From an uncultured Clostridia bacterium (GTDB lineage: Bacteria > Bacillota > Clostridia > Oscillospirales > Acutalibacteraceae): DNA of 64,000 nucleotides. Each line of letters starts with the position of its first letter. The first letter of the stretch is position 1. The notes beneath the pieces were generated by a model. It was given only the letters and a program-made list of their open reading frames with translations. It did no database searches and was not told the DNA's origin. The stretch is from positions 7,115 to 71,114 of the forward strand of contig CANPXD010000001.1 of the NCBI GenBank assembly GCA_947585615.1. The letters are read 5' to 3'. Below, in pieces: positions 29,954 through 39,402 of the stretch. The position numbers were made by a program, and so were the translations under genes.

Positions 29954-30135
29954 CAGTTTTTGATATGTTTCGGTAAAATGTTAAGAAATGATTAAGAAAA
30001 CTGTTTTTTCTTGACATTTTAAATAAGATGTATTAGATTAATATTTTACAAAAGCAGTGCATTTTTCGCATATATTATACCGGATAAAATATCAAATCGT
30101 TTCATATTTTTTGTATTTATGAGGGTTATAAATTT

Positions 30136-31566
30136 ATGAAATCTTTAAAAGAAACGGCGATGACCATTGCGGTTAAGGAAGCTGTAAAGTACGCGAGAAA
30201 GGATTTTGAGTCAAACGCTCCGAAAATTCTTTCATTGCTTGAAAAGGCAGATGTAAAGAGGGTAAACCGAAGCACCTATGCAGGTCTTCACAAGGTTATG
30301 GACGATCCCGAGAACAACTGGATGCGCTTTGTCAAAAAGCTTGCGTGCGACACCGATATGAATGTGCTCATGAAGCTCATTCCGCCTATGATGAACGTTG
30401 CGATCAACAGTTATTCCATTAGAATGAAGAGTATTGAAAAGTACGATTGTAATGTTCCGTGGGCAATACTTATGGATCCGACTGCCGCCTGCAATCTGAA
30501 ATGTACCGGATGCTGGGCTGCGGAATACGGAAACACGAGTCAGCTTACATATGACGACCTTGCAAGAATTATCGAACAGGGCAAGGAACTCGGAACGTTT
30601 ATGTATCTTTACACAGGCGGCGAGCCGACTATGCGCCGAGCGGATTTAATGCGGCTTTGCCGTGAAAATCCCGACTGTGTGTTTATGAGCTTTACGAACG
30701 GCACACTGATTGACGACAGCTTTGCCGATGAAATTGCGCAGGTGGGCAATTTCCTTCCCGCATTTTCAATAGAGGGATATGAGGAGGAAAACGATTTTCG
30801 CCGCGGAAACGGCACTTTTGAAAAATGCACGGCCGCGATGAAGCGGCTCAAGGAGCGCGGCGTACCTTTCGGAGCTTCTCTTTGTTACACCAGCAAAAAT
30901 ACAGAACTGCTCGCATCCGACGAGTATATGGATTGGCTTATTGATCAGGGCGTTATGTTTGCATGGTTTTTTACATATATGCCTACCGGAAACGGTGCCG
31001 TAACGGAGCTTATGGCGTCTCCCGACCAGCGTGCGCTTATGTATAAAAAAATGCACGAGTGGAGACATACAAAGCCCATTTTCGCACTTGATTTCTGGAA
31101 TGACGGAGAGTATGTTCAGGGTTGTATTGCCGGAGGCCGCCACTATTTCCACATTAATTCAAACGGTGACTGTGAGCCATGCGCCTTTGTTCATTATTCA
31201 AATGTGAATATAAAGGAGTGTTCCGTTCTGGATGCTCTGAGAAGCCCCTTGTTTAAGGCTTACAGAAGGAATCAGCCGTTTAACAACAATATGCTCAGAC
31301 CCTGCCCCGTACTTGACAATCCCGGAGCTATCAGCAAAATGGTAAAAGAAACGGGCGCTTATTCAACGGAAATGCGCCATCCCGAGTCGGCAAACGAATT
31401 GTTTGATAAAACAATCAACGCCGCCAAAGCGTGGAAAGTCAAGGCGGACGAACTTTTTGACCGTGACGAATACATAAGAAAGCACGTCAAGGACGAAAAT
31501 ATGTATAACTATGAAAAATCCGACGAGGAAAGGGAATTTTCGGAATTTGAAAAAACAACTGAATAA
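30136..31566 (+). CDS. Radical SAM protein of unknown function
   Basis: 476-aa ORF with CNLKCTGC (CX3CX2C) at about residue 118, GGEP, and a later Cys cluster (NGDCEPCAFVHY) suggesting an auxiliary cluster. There is no partner gene on either side. Confidence 0.85.
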   Translation: MKSLKETAMTIAVKEAVKYARKDFESNAPKILSLLEKADVKRVNRSTYAGLHKVMDDPENNWMRFVKKLACDTDMNVLMKLIPPMMNVAINSYSIRMKSIEKYDCNVPWAILMDPTAACNLKCTGCWAAEYGNTSQLTYDDLARIIEQGKELGTFMYLYTGGEPTMRRADLMRLCRENPDCVFMSFTNGTLIDDSFADEIAQVGNFLPAFSIEGYEEENDFRRGNGTFEKCTAAMKRLKERGVPFGASLCYTSKNTELLASDEYMDWLIDQGVMFAWFFTYMPTGNGAVTELMASPDQRALMYKKMHEWRHTKPIFALDFWNDGEYVQGCIAGGRHYFHINSNGDCEPCAFVHYSNVNIKECSVLDALRSPLFKAYRRNQPFNNNMLRPCPVLDNPGAISKMVKETGAYSTEMRHPESANELFDKTINAAKAWKVKADELFDRDEYIRKHVKDENMYNYEKSDEEREFSEFEKTTE

Positions 31567-31670
31567 ATTGTTTGATATGGTATAAAACAGGGGTGTGTCC
31601 GCGGACACACCCATATGCTGTTTAGTCAGAAAATAATCATAAACCGAGTTTTAAAGGAGTTATTTTTTCT

Positions 31671-32942
31671 ATGGATAGCGATTCTGTCCGATTAATTTTT
31701 GTAATGGTGGTGCTGGTGCTGTTCAGCGCTTTCTTTTCATCTGCCGAAACGGCGTTTTCCTCCCTTAACAGAGTAAAGCTCAAAGCAATGATGCCGGAAA
31801 GCTCAAAGAACAGAAAAATCGACAGAGTGCTGAGGCTTTCGGATGAGTACGATGTTGTGCTGTCAACCATTTTAATCGGAAACAATCTTGTGAATATAGC
31901 CTGTACTTCCATTGCGGCGCTTGTGTTTACCGGATTCCTGGGCGAAAATCTCGGAACTACCGTATCAACGGCGGTAATGACAATCGTTGTTCTGATTTTC
32001 GGGGAGGTTACACCGAAGCAGATAGCGAAGGAAAAGGCGGAGAGATACGCGGTGCTGATAGCTCCTGCCGTGCGGTTTTTTATAATTCTGTTCAGTCCGC
32101 TGAATTTGTTCTTCAGAGGATGGTCTAAAATGCTGTCTAAGCTGTTCGGTTTGGGAAAAGCAAACACCGTAACCGAGGAAGAGCTTAAAACATATGTAAA
32201 CGAGGCGCGCTCGGGCGGTGAAATAGATGAAAATGAATCACAGCTGATACGCTCGTCAATAGAATTTGACGATATAGATGTTTACGATATTTTAACGCCG
32301 CGTGTTGATGTAGACGCAGTGGATAAATATTCCTCTTTCAATGAGATTGAAAAGATTTTCAAGGAGAGCAACCACAGCAGACTTCCTGTCTATATAGGCG
32401 ATATAGACCATATAGTCGGTCTTATACACCACAGGGATTTTGAGGCGGCGAGAGACCGTAATTTAAAATCGCTCAGAACCATATTGAAGCCGGTTCCGAC
32501 CGTTTCACCCGATACAAAAATTTCAAAGCTTCTGCGCATTTTGCAAAAAAACAAAACGCATCTTGCCGTTGTCGTTGATGAATTCGGCGGAACGGAGGGA
32601 ATCGTTACGCTGGAGGATATTCTGGAGGAGCTTGTCGGAGAAATATGGGATGAACACGACGAAGTTTCAGTTGATATAGAAAGCGTCGGAGAAAACGAAT
32701 ATATTGTTGACGGCTCCGCATCTCTTGAGGACTTCTTTGAATTTTTCGGTATTTCATATGAGGAAAACGATGTTACCACGGTAAACGGCTGGGTTATGCT
32801 CCAAACGGATAAAATCCCCGAAAAGGGAGATTCTTTTTCCTTTGAGAATATTTCGGCGCAGGTACTGTCTACCGAAGGCAGGCGCGCGGATAAAATTAAA
32901 ATCACGGTAAAGGACGGCGGAAATGTTTCGGTTCAGAAGTAA
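31671..32942 (+). CDS. Hemolysin-family / CNNM (DUF21)-CBS-CorC_HlyC membrane protein
   Basis: 423-aa ORF with an N-terminal DUF21 TM domain, a CBS pair (HSRLPVY ... LAVVVDEFGGTEGIVTLEDILEELVGEI) and a C-terminal CorC_HlyC domain. Confidence 0.9.
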   Translation: MDSDSVRLIFVMVVLVLFSAFFSSAETAFSSLNRVKLKAMMPESSKNRKIDRVLRLSDEYDVVLSTILIGNNLVNIACTSIAALVFTGFLGENLGTTVSTAVMTIVVLIFGEVTPKQIAKEKAERYAVLIAPAVRFFIILFSPLNLFFRGWSKMLSKLFGLGKANTVTEEELKTYVNEARSGGEIDENESQLIRSSIEFDDIDVYDILTPRVDVDAVDKYSSFNEIEKIFKESNHSRLPVYIGDIDHIVGLIHHRDFEAARDRNLKSLRTILKPVPTVSPDTKISKLLRILQKNKTHLAVVVDEFGGTEGIVTLEDILEELVGEIWDEHDEVSVDIESVGENEYIVDGSASLEDFFEFFGISYEENDVTTVNGWVMLQTDKIPEKGDSFSFENISAQVLSTEGRRADKIKITVKDGGNVSVQK

Positions 32943-33528
32943 AGAGACAGCGGGCACCGGCTGTGAATTTATAATTGCGGGGCTTGGCAATCCAGGCTCA
33001 AAATATGAAATGACGCGCCATAATGCCGGTTTCCTCGCGATTGATTTATTTGCAATCAAAGAAGGAATAAATCTAAAAAAACTCAAATTTCATTCCCTTA
33101 TCTGCAACGTCAGAATCAGCGGAAAAAATTGTCTTGTTATGAAGCCACAGACCTTTATGAATAATTCAGGCGAAGCAGTGGCAGAGGCAGCAAAATTCTA
33201 CAAAATTCCTTCGGAAAATATTATTATAATATCAGATGATATTTCGCTTGACGTCGGCAAAATCAGAATACGCAGAAAAGGCTCGGCAGGTGGGCACAAC
33301 GGACTCAAAAGCATTATTTCCTGTATAGGGTCCGAAGATTTTCCACGTATTAAAATAGGCGTGGGGAAAAAGCCAACAGCCGAATATGACCTTGTTGATT
33401 GGGTGCTGGGAAGATTCCCCAAGGCGCTTGAGCCTGAGCTGAAAACAGCTCTTGAGGAGGCTGTCTCGGCAATTCCGATGATTGTCGGCGGAGAAATCGA
33501 CAAAGCAATGAACTTGTTTAATTCTTAG
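32923..33528 (+). CDS. pth: Peptidyl-tRNA hydrolase
   Basis: GLGNPGSKYEMTRHNAGF and GGHNGLKS motifs are present. 32923 is the only in-frame ATG, and it overlaps the upstream gene by 20 nt. Confidence 0.92.
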   Translation: MFRFRSKETAGTGCEFIIAGLGNPGSKYEMTRHNAGFLAIDLFAIKEGINLKKLKFHSLICNVRISGKNCLVMKPQTFMNNSGEAVAEAAKFYKIPSENIIIISDDISLDVGKIRIRRKGSAGGHNGLKSIISCIGSEDFPRIKIGVGKKPTAEYDLVDWVLGRFPKALEPELKTALEEAVSAIPMIVGGEIDKAMNLFNS

Positions 33529-33570
33529 GCTTTTGTGCTTATCATTGAATAAACAGAAAGAAGAAAATAT

Positions 33571-36500
33571 ATGTCGTGCTTTTCAAAAATATTTGAAAAG
33601 AGCAGTGAATTTTTGAGCCTCGCCGGAAGTGTTGACACTATGGGAACACCTGTCGGGGCAACCGGTGTTTCCGACGCACTCAAGCCGCATCTTATTCACG
33701 CTCTTACTCAGTATCATAATGAAAGGGCAATTATAATTATGCCCGATGAAGCGTCTGCCGTAAAAATGAGCGAAAATCTCTCGGTGCTTCAGGATGGAGT
33801 GCTGTTTTTTCCAAGCCGGGAATTCACATTTCAGTATGTTGCGGGAGTTTCGCATGAATTTGAGCATATAAGATTAGGCGTACTTTCAAAAATACTAAAA
33901 GGCGATTACAGTGCTGTTGTCTGCTCCGTAAATGCCGCCTGCCAGAAAACCATGCCGCCGCAGTCTCTCAGGAATCATTCTCTCAGAATATCAAAGGATG
34001 AAAGCATAAATGTTGAGGAAACAGTAAAAAAGCTTACCGAGGCGGGCTACAGCCGATATGACCAGGTTGACGGAACATCTCAATTCGCGGTAAGGGGCGG
34101 AATTTTAGATATTTTTTCTCCCGGTGATTCAGAGCCTGTAAGAATAGAACTGTGGGGGGATACGGTCGATTCTCTTTCACGCTTTGATATTTCCACACAA
34201 CGCCGTACTGCCGCACTTCAAAGCGTTGATATAATTCCTGCCGGTGAGGTTCTTTTTGAATCAACTGAAAATTTTGCGAAAAAAATTGAGGATTTTGCAA
34301 AATCACTCAGAGGAAAGGCGGTCAGGGCGCGCGAGGGTCTTTATGGCGACGCGCAGATCCTTAAAAACGGAGGTTCTCTCCCTTGTAACGACAGGTATCT
34401 GCCGCTCGCGTTTGACAGCTCGGGGATTTTTGATTATGCCGATGGGCTTGTCTTTGTCTGCGAAAGCGGAAAGGTAAAGGAAAAAGCGGTCAATCAGCAA
34501 AAGCTGATGAACGAGCAGATCAAGCATTATCTCGAAAGCGGAATACTTTGCAGCGGACTTGATAAATTCACGATCGGTTTTGAGGAGCTGAAAGAATTTT
34601 ATTCATCGCACGGCGCGGTTTATCTTGATTCTTTACCGCGCGGCTCGTTTGATACCCCGGTTGCCAATCTTTCCTCCTTTACCGTTCAGAGCTTCGGTGT
34701 GTGGAACGGGACGCTTGAACAGCTTGTTGAGGATATAAATCCGCTTTACGACAGAGGTTTTTCCATCTGCATTTTGGCAGGAACTGCAAGGGGCGGAAAA
34801 GCGCTGGCGCGCGATCTTAACGAGCGCGGCTTCGACTCTGTTTTCTGCGAAAAGCAGCCAAATGAATTCCCAAAAGGCTACGTAACCGTTCTGCCGGGTT
34901 CGGTTTCTTCCGGTTTTCAGCTTTCCGATATTAAATTTGCGCTTATTTCACAGACAAGAACAGTTCAGAAAAAAAAGAAAGCAAGAGCTTCAACAGCGGA
35001 AAACGCGATTCATTCGCTTGATGAACTGACTGCCGGTGATTATATTGTTCACAATGTTCACGGAATAGGCATTTTTGAGGGAATCCACGCTCTCGAAATA
35101 AACAAGGTAAAAAAAGATTATATAAAAATTTCCTATGCAAAGGGCGATATTCTTTATGTGCCCGTAACACAGCTTGACCTTGTTTCAAAATATATAGGCC
35201 CCGGGGGAGAGGGAACTGTAAAAATCAACCGCCTCGGCGGCAGCGAATGGAAAAAAACAAAGGCAAAGGTGCGCTCCTCCGTTAAGGATATGGCAAAGGA
35301 GCTTATTGCGCTTTATGCAAAGCGTATGAGTACAAAGGGACACGCCTTTTCCGAGGATACCGACCTACAGCGTGATTTTGAGCTTCGCTTTGCTTATGAG
35401 GAAACGGAGGATCAGCTTCGCAGCGCAGACGAAATCAAGAAAGATATGGAGCGCGCCGCGCCTATGGACAGACTTCTCTGCGGCGACGTCGGATTCGGAA
35501 AAACCGAGGTTGCCATGCGGGCAGCTTTTAAATGTATATCTGACGGAAAGCAATGCGCTGTGCTTGTTCCGACAACCGTGCTTGCAATGCAGCATTTCAG
35601 CACGGCAAAGGCGCGTATGGAGGCGTTCCCTGTCAGAACCGAAATGCTGTCCCGTTTTGTTCCACCCAAAAAACAGAAAGAAATAGTAAAAGACCTTGAA
35701 ACAGGCAAAGTGGATTTACTTATCGGAACGCACAGAATAATTAGCAAGGATATAAAATTCAGGGATCTCGGACTGCTTATCGTTGATGAGGAGCAGCGTT
35801 TCGGCGTTGCCCAAAAGGAAAAAATCAAGCAGAAATTTCCCCGTGTCGATGTTCTTACGCTTTCGGCGACGCCTATTCCGCGAACGCTCAATATGGCAAT
35901 GAGCGGAATAAGAGATATGAGCCTGCTTGAAGAAGCTCCGGGCGACCGCCATCCTGTTCAGACATATGTTATTGAATATGATTTCGGAGTTCTTGTTGAG
36001 GCTATGGAAAGGGAACTTTCAAGAGGAGGGCAGTGCTATTATCTTCATAACAACACCGAAACGATTGAACACACGGCGGTGCGGATAAAAAAGGAACTTC
36101 CAGACGCGAGAGTCGGTATTGCGCACGGAAAAATGACAGAGGAGCAGCTTTCGGACGTTTGGAACAGTCTTCTCAACGGAGAAATCGACATTCTTGTCTG
36201 CACAACAATAATTGAAACAGGAATAGACATTGCAAACGTGAATACTCTGATCGTCGAAAACGCTGACAAAATGGGTCTTGCGCAGCTCCATCAGATAAGG
36301 GGCAGGGTCGGCAGAAGTTCGCGCAGGGCATTTGCCTATCTGACGTTTACAAAAGGCGGAGAGCTTTCGGATATTGCTTCAAAACGCCTTGAAGCAATCA
36401 GGGAATATACCGAGTTCGGTTCCGGTTTTAAAATCGCAATGCGCGATCTTGAAATCAGGGGCGCGGGCTCGATTCTCGGAAGCCGCCAGCACGGCCATAT

Positions 36501-37038
36501 GGAGGCGGTCGGTTACGATATGTACCTCAGACTGCTCAGCGACGCGGTTGCCGAGGAAAAGGGTGAAAAACCGCAGGATCTTGAGGAAAAGGACTGCCTT
36601 ATAGATCTGCCGATAGACGCCCATATTCCCGACAGCTATATTTCGTCCACGGCTCAGCGCCTTTCAATGTATAAGCGTATTGCCGCAATCAGAACGGACG
36701 AGGACGCTAAAGACGTTTTCGATGAACTTAAGGACAGGTTTGGAAATCCTCCGGAGGCAATTTGCGGACTTGTCGAAATTTCGCTTTTGAGGAATGAAGC
36801 CGCGTCAGTCGGTGTTTACGAAATAACGCAGAAAAACGGTTCGGTTCTGTTTTATATGAAAGAGCCCGACATAAAATACGTTATGGCGCTCAACAGGGAA
36901 ATGAAGGGCAGAGTTCTTCTGTCCGCCGCTAAAAAAGCCTATATAGCAGTTAAGCTGAACTTTGAATCCGCGCTTGAAACGGTTCGGAAATCGCTTGCCG
37001 TTATGCAAAATGTTTTGAAAAACGACCATAATGAATAA
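33571..37038 (+). CDS. mfd: Transcription-repair coupling factor Mfd
   Basis: 1155-aa ORF with a UvrB-homology N-terminus, a CarD-like RNAP-interaction domain, helicase motifs GDVGFGKTEVA and DEEQRFGV, and a TRG motif region. Confidence 0.96.
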   Translation: MSCFSKIFEKSSEFLSLAGSVDTMGTPVGATGVSDALKPHLIHALTQYHNERAIIIMPDEASAVKMSENLSVLQDGVLFFPSREFTFQYVAGVSHEFEHIRLGVLSKILKGDYSAVVCSVNAACQKTMPPQSLRNHSLRISKDESINVEETVKKLTEAGYSRYDQVDGTSQFAVRGGILDIFSPGDSEPVRIELWGDTVDSLSRFDISTQRRTAALQSVDIIPAGEVLFESTENFAKKIEDFAKSLRGKAVRAREGLYGDAQILKNGGSLPCNDRYLPLAFDSSGIFDYADGLVFVCESGKVKEKAVNQQKLMNEQIKHYLESGILCSGLDKFTIGFEELKEFYSSHGAVYLDSLPRGSFDTPVANLSSFTVQSFGVWNGTLEQLVEDINPLYDRGFSICILAGTARGGKALARDLNERGFDSVFCEKQPNEFPKGYVTVLPGSVSSGFQLSDIKFALISQTRTVQKKKKARASTAENAIHSLDELTAGDYIVHNVHGIGIFEGIHALEINKVKKDYIKISYAKGDILYVPVTQLDLVSKYIGPGGEGTVKINRLGGSEWKKTKAKVRSSVKDMAKELIALYAKRMSTKGHAFSEDTDLQRDFELRFAYEETEDQLRSADEIKKDMERAAPMDRLLCGDVGFGKTEVAMRAAFKCISDGKQCAVLVPTTVLAMQHFSTAKARMEAFPVRTEMLSRFVPPKKQKEIVKDLETGKVDLLIGTHRIISKDIKFRDLGLLIVDEEQRFGVAQKEKIKQKFPRVDVLTLSATPIPRTLNMAMSGIRDMSLLEEAPGDRHPVQTYVIEYDFGVLVEAMERELSRGGQCYYLHNNTETIEHTAVRIKKELPDARVGIAHGKMTEEQLSDVWNSLLNGEIDILVCTTIIETGIDIANVNTLIVENADKMGLAQLHQIRGRVGRSSRRAFAYLTFTKGGELSDIASKRLEAIREYTEFGSGFKIAMRDLEIRGAGSILGSRQHGHMEAVGYDMYLRLLSDAVAEEKGEKPQDLEEKDCLIDLPIDAHIPDSYISSTAQRLSMYKRIAAIRTDEDAKDVFDELKDRFGNPPEAICGLVEISLLRNEAASVGVYEITQKNGSVLFYMKEPDIKYVMALNREMKGRVLLSAAKKAYIAVKLNFESALETVRKSLAVMQNVLKNDHNE

Positions 37039-37079
37039 CTGAAAACGCCTCGGGGCATAATGCTTTTGAGGTGTTTTTT

Positions 37080-37781
37080 ATGTCATCAAATTCAAAAGAA
37101 AAAAAGGGAAACAAAAATTTAAGAGCACTGTTTTCTGTTATATGCATTTCTATTATTGCCCTTGGACTTGTCGTTTATTTTTCAACGCGTCCGTCTGACG
37201 AGGGTACGGTAAACGAGCCTACTACGGTTGCGGAAACAACACAGCAGGTGCAGAAAAGCGTAACGGTAGAGGATACAACCGCTCAGAAAACAACTGCCGC
37301 CGAAACAAGTCAGCCGAAAACAACAGCGTCTGAAAAAACATCTATGGCGCTTACGGACACGAACACTCCGTACAAGAGCTTTTATAATTATCCGATAGAC
37401 GAGGCTGTAGTAAAGGGCTATACAGAGGAGCTTGTCTATAATGAAACGATGGGCGACTACAGGAGTCACACAGCCGTCGATTTTAAGGGTGAGGCAGGAA
37501 TTGCCGTCTTTGCCGTGAACGACGGTATTGTGCTTGACGTTTACAATGACAGCATTTACGGAATGACTGTTGAAATTGACCACGGCGGAAAGCTTGTTGC
37601 CAAATACTGCGGTTTGGATTCGGTCAGCGTTTCGGCAGGCGACTCGGTTATCATAGGCGAAACCGTGGGAACGCTCGGTGCAGTGCCGTTTGAGGCGTCG
37701 TCTGAGTCACATCTGCATTTTGAAACAAAACTTGACGGTCAATATGTAAATCCGCTCGACGTTATGGGCAAAACAGAATAA
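37080..37781 (+). CDS. Membrane-anchored M23-family (LytM-type) peptidase
   Basis: I set the start at ATG 37080 behind GAGGTG (the track's GTG is at 37071). One TM helix, a Thr/Gln-rich linker, and the M23 motifs HTAVDF and SHLHFE are present. Confidence 0.85.
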   Translation: MSSNSKEKKGNKNLRALFSVICISIIALGLVVYFSTRPSDEGTVNEPTTVAETTQQVQKSVTVEDTTAQKTTAAETSQPKTTASEKTSMALTDTNTPYKSFYNYPIDEAVVKGYTEELVYNETMGDYRSHTAVDFKGEAGIAVFAVNDGIVLDVYNDSIYGMTVEIDHGGKLVAKYCGLDSVSVSAGDSVIIGETVGTLGAVPFEASSESHLHFETKLDGQYVNPLDVMGKTE

Positions 37782-37797
37782 AACAGCGCTTTTTCAT

Positions 37798-37831
37798 AAT
37801 CCGCTCCTGTTTCGGGAGCGGATTGTTTTTT
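37798..37831 (+). terminator. Intrinsic terminator after the M23 peptidase gene
   Basis: AATCCGCTCC ... GGAGCGGATT hairpin followed by GTTTTTT. Confidence 0.88.
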
Positions 37832-37918
37832 GCGTTTTTTTAAATTTACCCTTTAAATACCGTGTCCTTTTTGTTATAATATTTTCGCATTTATTTATAT
37901 ATACCGGAGGAACTTTTT

Positions 37919-39325
37919 ATGGGCGGATTTTTTGCGGTGGCGTCACAGGAGGATTGCGTATTTGACTTGTTTTTCGGGGTGGATTATCATTCACATCTCG
38001 GAACACGCAGAGCCGGATTGGCTGTCTACAGTGATGAGACGGGATTTGACAAGGCGATTCACAATATTGAAAACGCGCCTTTCAGAACAAAATTCACTTC
38101 CGAATCAAACACAATGCACGGAAAGCTGGGCATAGGTTGTATTTCCGATTTTGAGGCACAGCCGATTCTTGTTCGTTCTCATCACGGCACGTTTGCAATT
38201 ACAACAGTGGGAAAAATTAACAATGCAGATGAAATAGTAAGCGATATAATAAATTCAAACACGCATTTTTTTGAAATGCACAACGGCGAAATTAACCCCA
38301 CGGAGCTTGTTGCCGCAATCATAAATCAAAAGGATAATTTTATAGAAGGCATACGATATGCGCAGGAGATTATTGACGGTTCGCTCAGTATGCTTATTCT
38401 TACGACCAAGGGTATTTACGCGGCAAGGGACAAGCTGGGAAGAACCCCGATAGTTTCCGGTAAAAAGGATGACGGCTATTGCTTCAGTTTTGAAAGCTTT
38501 GCCTATCTCAATCTCGGGTACACCGACTGCAGAGAACTGGGACCGGGCGAAATCGCTGTTATGACGGCAGAGGGAATAAAAACGCTTGTTCAGCCGGGAG
38601 ACAAAATGAAAATCTGTACGTTTCTCTGGATTTATTATGGTTACCCGTCATCGTCATACGAGGGCATAAGCGTTGAAAAAATGCGGTATAACTGCGGAAA
38701 AGTTCTTGCAAGGCGGGATAACGTTAAGCCTGATATTGTGGCAGGTGTACCCGATTCGGGAACGGCCCACGCAATCGGCTACGCAAACGAATCCGGCTTT
38801 CCGTTTTCAAGACCGTTTGTAAAGTATACTCCCACATGGCCGCGCTCGTTTATGCCCACGCATCAGAGCAAGCGTAACCTGATTGCAAAGATGAAACTGA
38901 TTCCCATTCACGACCTGATCAACGGCAAGAGCCTGCTCCTCATTGATGATTCAATCGTTAGAGGAACACAGCTTCGCGAAACAACCGAATTTCTCTATGC
39001 AAGCGGCGCGAGAGAGGTACATATCAGACCTGCCTGTCCTCCGCTCCTTTTTGGGTGTAAATATCTTAATTTTTCACGCAGCACCTCGGAGATGGAGCTT
39101 ATTACGCGCTGCGTCATAAAAGAATTTGAAGGTGAAAATGTAACCCGCGAGACGCTCAGCGAATATGCCGACCCTGACAGTGAAAAGTATCAGAAGATGA
39201 TAGACAGAATCTGTGAAAAGCTGCATTTTACAAGCCTTCGTTACCACAGACTTGATGATATGATTGAATCAGTCGGCATTTCTCCGGACAAGCTCTGCAC
39301 ATATTGCTGGAACGGAAAGGAATAA
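37919..39325 (+). CDS. Amidophosphoribosyltransferase (PurF) paralogue lacking the N-terminal Cys nucleophile
   Basis: 468-aa ORF collinear with PurF. It has the PRPP loop LLLIDDSIVRGTQ and the Fe-S Cys positions (ICT, GCKY, CTYC). The N-terminus is MGGFFAV where PurF has CGV(F/V)GI. Confidence 0.8.
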   Translation: MGGFFAVASQEDCVFDLFFGVDYHSHLGTRRAGLAVYSDETGFDKAIHNIENAPFRTKFTSESNTMHGKLGIGCISDFEAQPILVRSHHGTFAITTVGKINNADEIVSDIINSNTHFFEMHNGEINPTELVAAIINQKDNFIEGIRYAQEIIDGSLSMLILTTKGIYAARDKLGRTPIVSGKKDDGYCFSFESFAYLNLGYTDCRELGPGEIAVMTAEGIKTLVQPGDKMKICTFLWIYYGYPSSSYEGISVEKMRYNCGKVLARRDNVKPDIVAGVPDSGTAHAIGYANESGFPFSRPFVKYTPTWPRSFMPTHQSKRNLIAKMKLIPIHDLINGKSLLLIDDSIVRGTQLRETTEFLYASGAREVHIRPACPPLLFGCKYLNFSRSTSEMELITRCVIKEFEGENVTRETLSEYADPDSEKYQKMIDRICEKLHFTSLRYHRLDDMIESVGISPDKLCTYCWNGKE

Positions 39326-39342
39326 ACAATTCCTAAAAAATA

Positions 39343-39371
39343 ATGACAAATGGAAATTTGTGTATTATAAT
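39343..39371 (+). promoter_or_regulatory. sigma-A-type promoter for oadB-oadG
   Basis: ATGACA at 39343-39348, 17-nt spacer, TATAAT at 39366-39371. Confidence 0.5.
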
Positions 39372-39402
39372 ATTTATTAGTTTATTGTCTGGGAGGTAAA
39401 AA

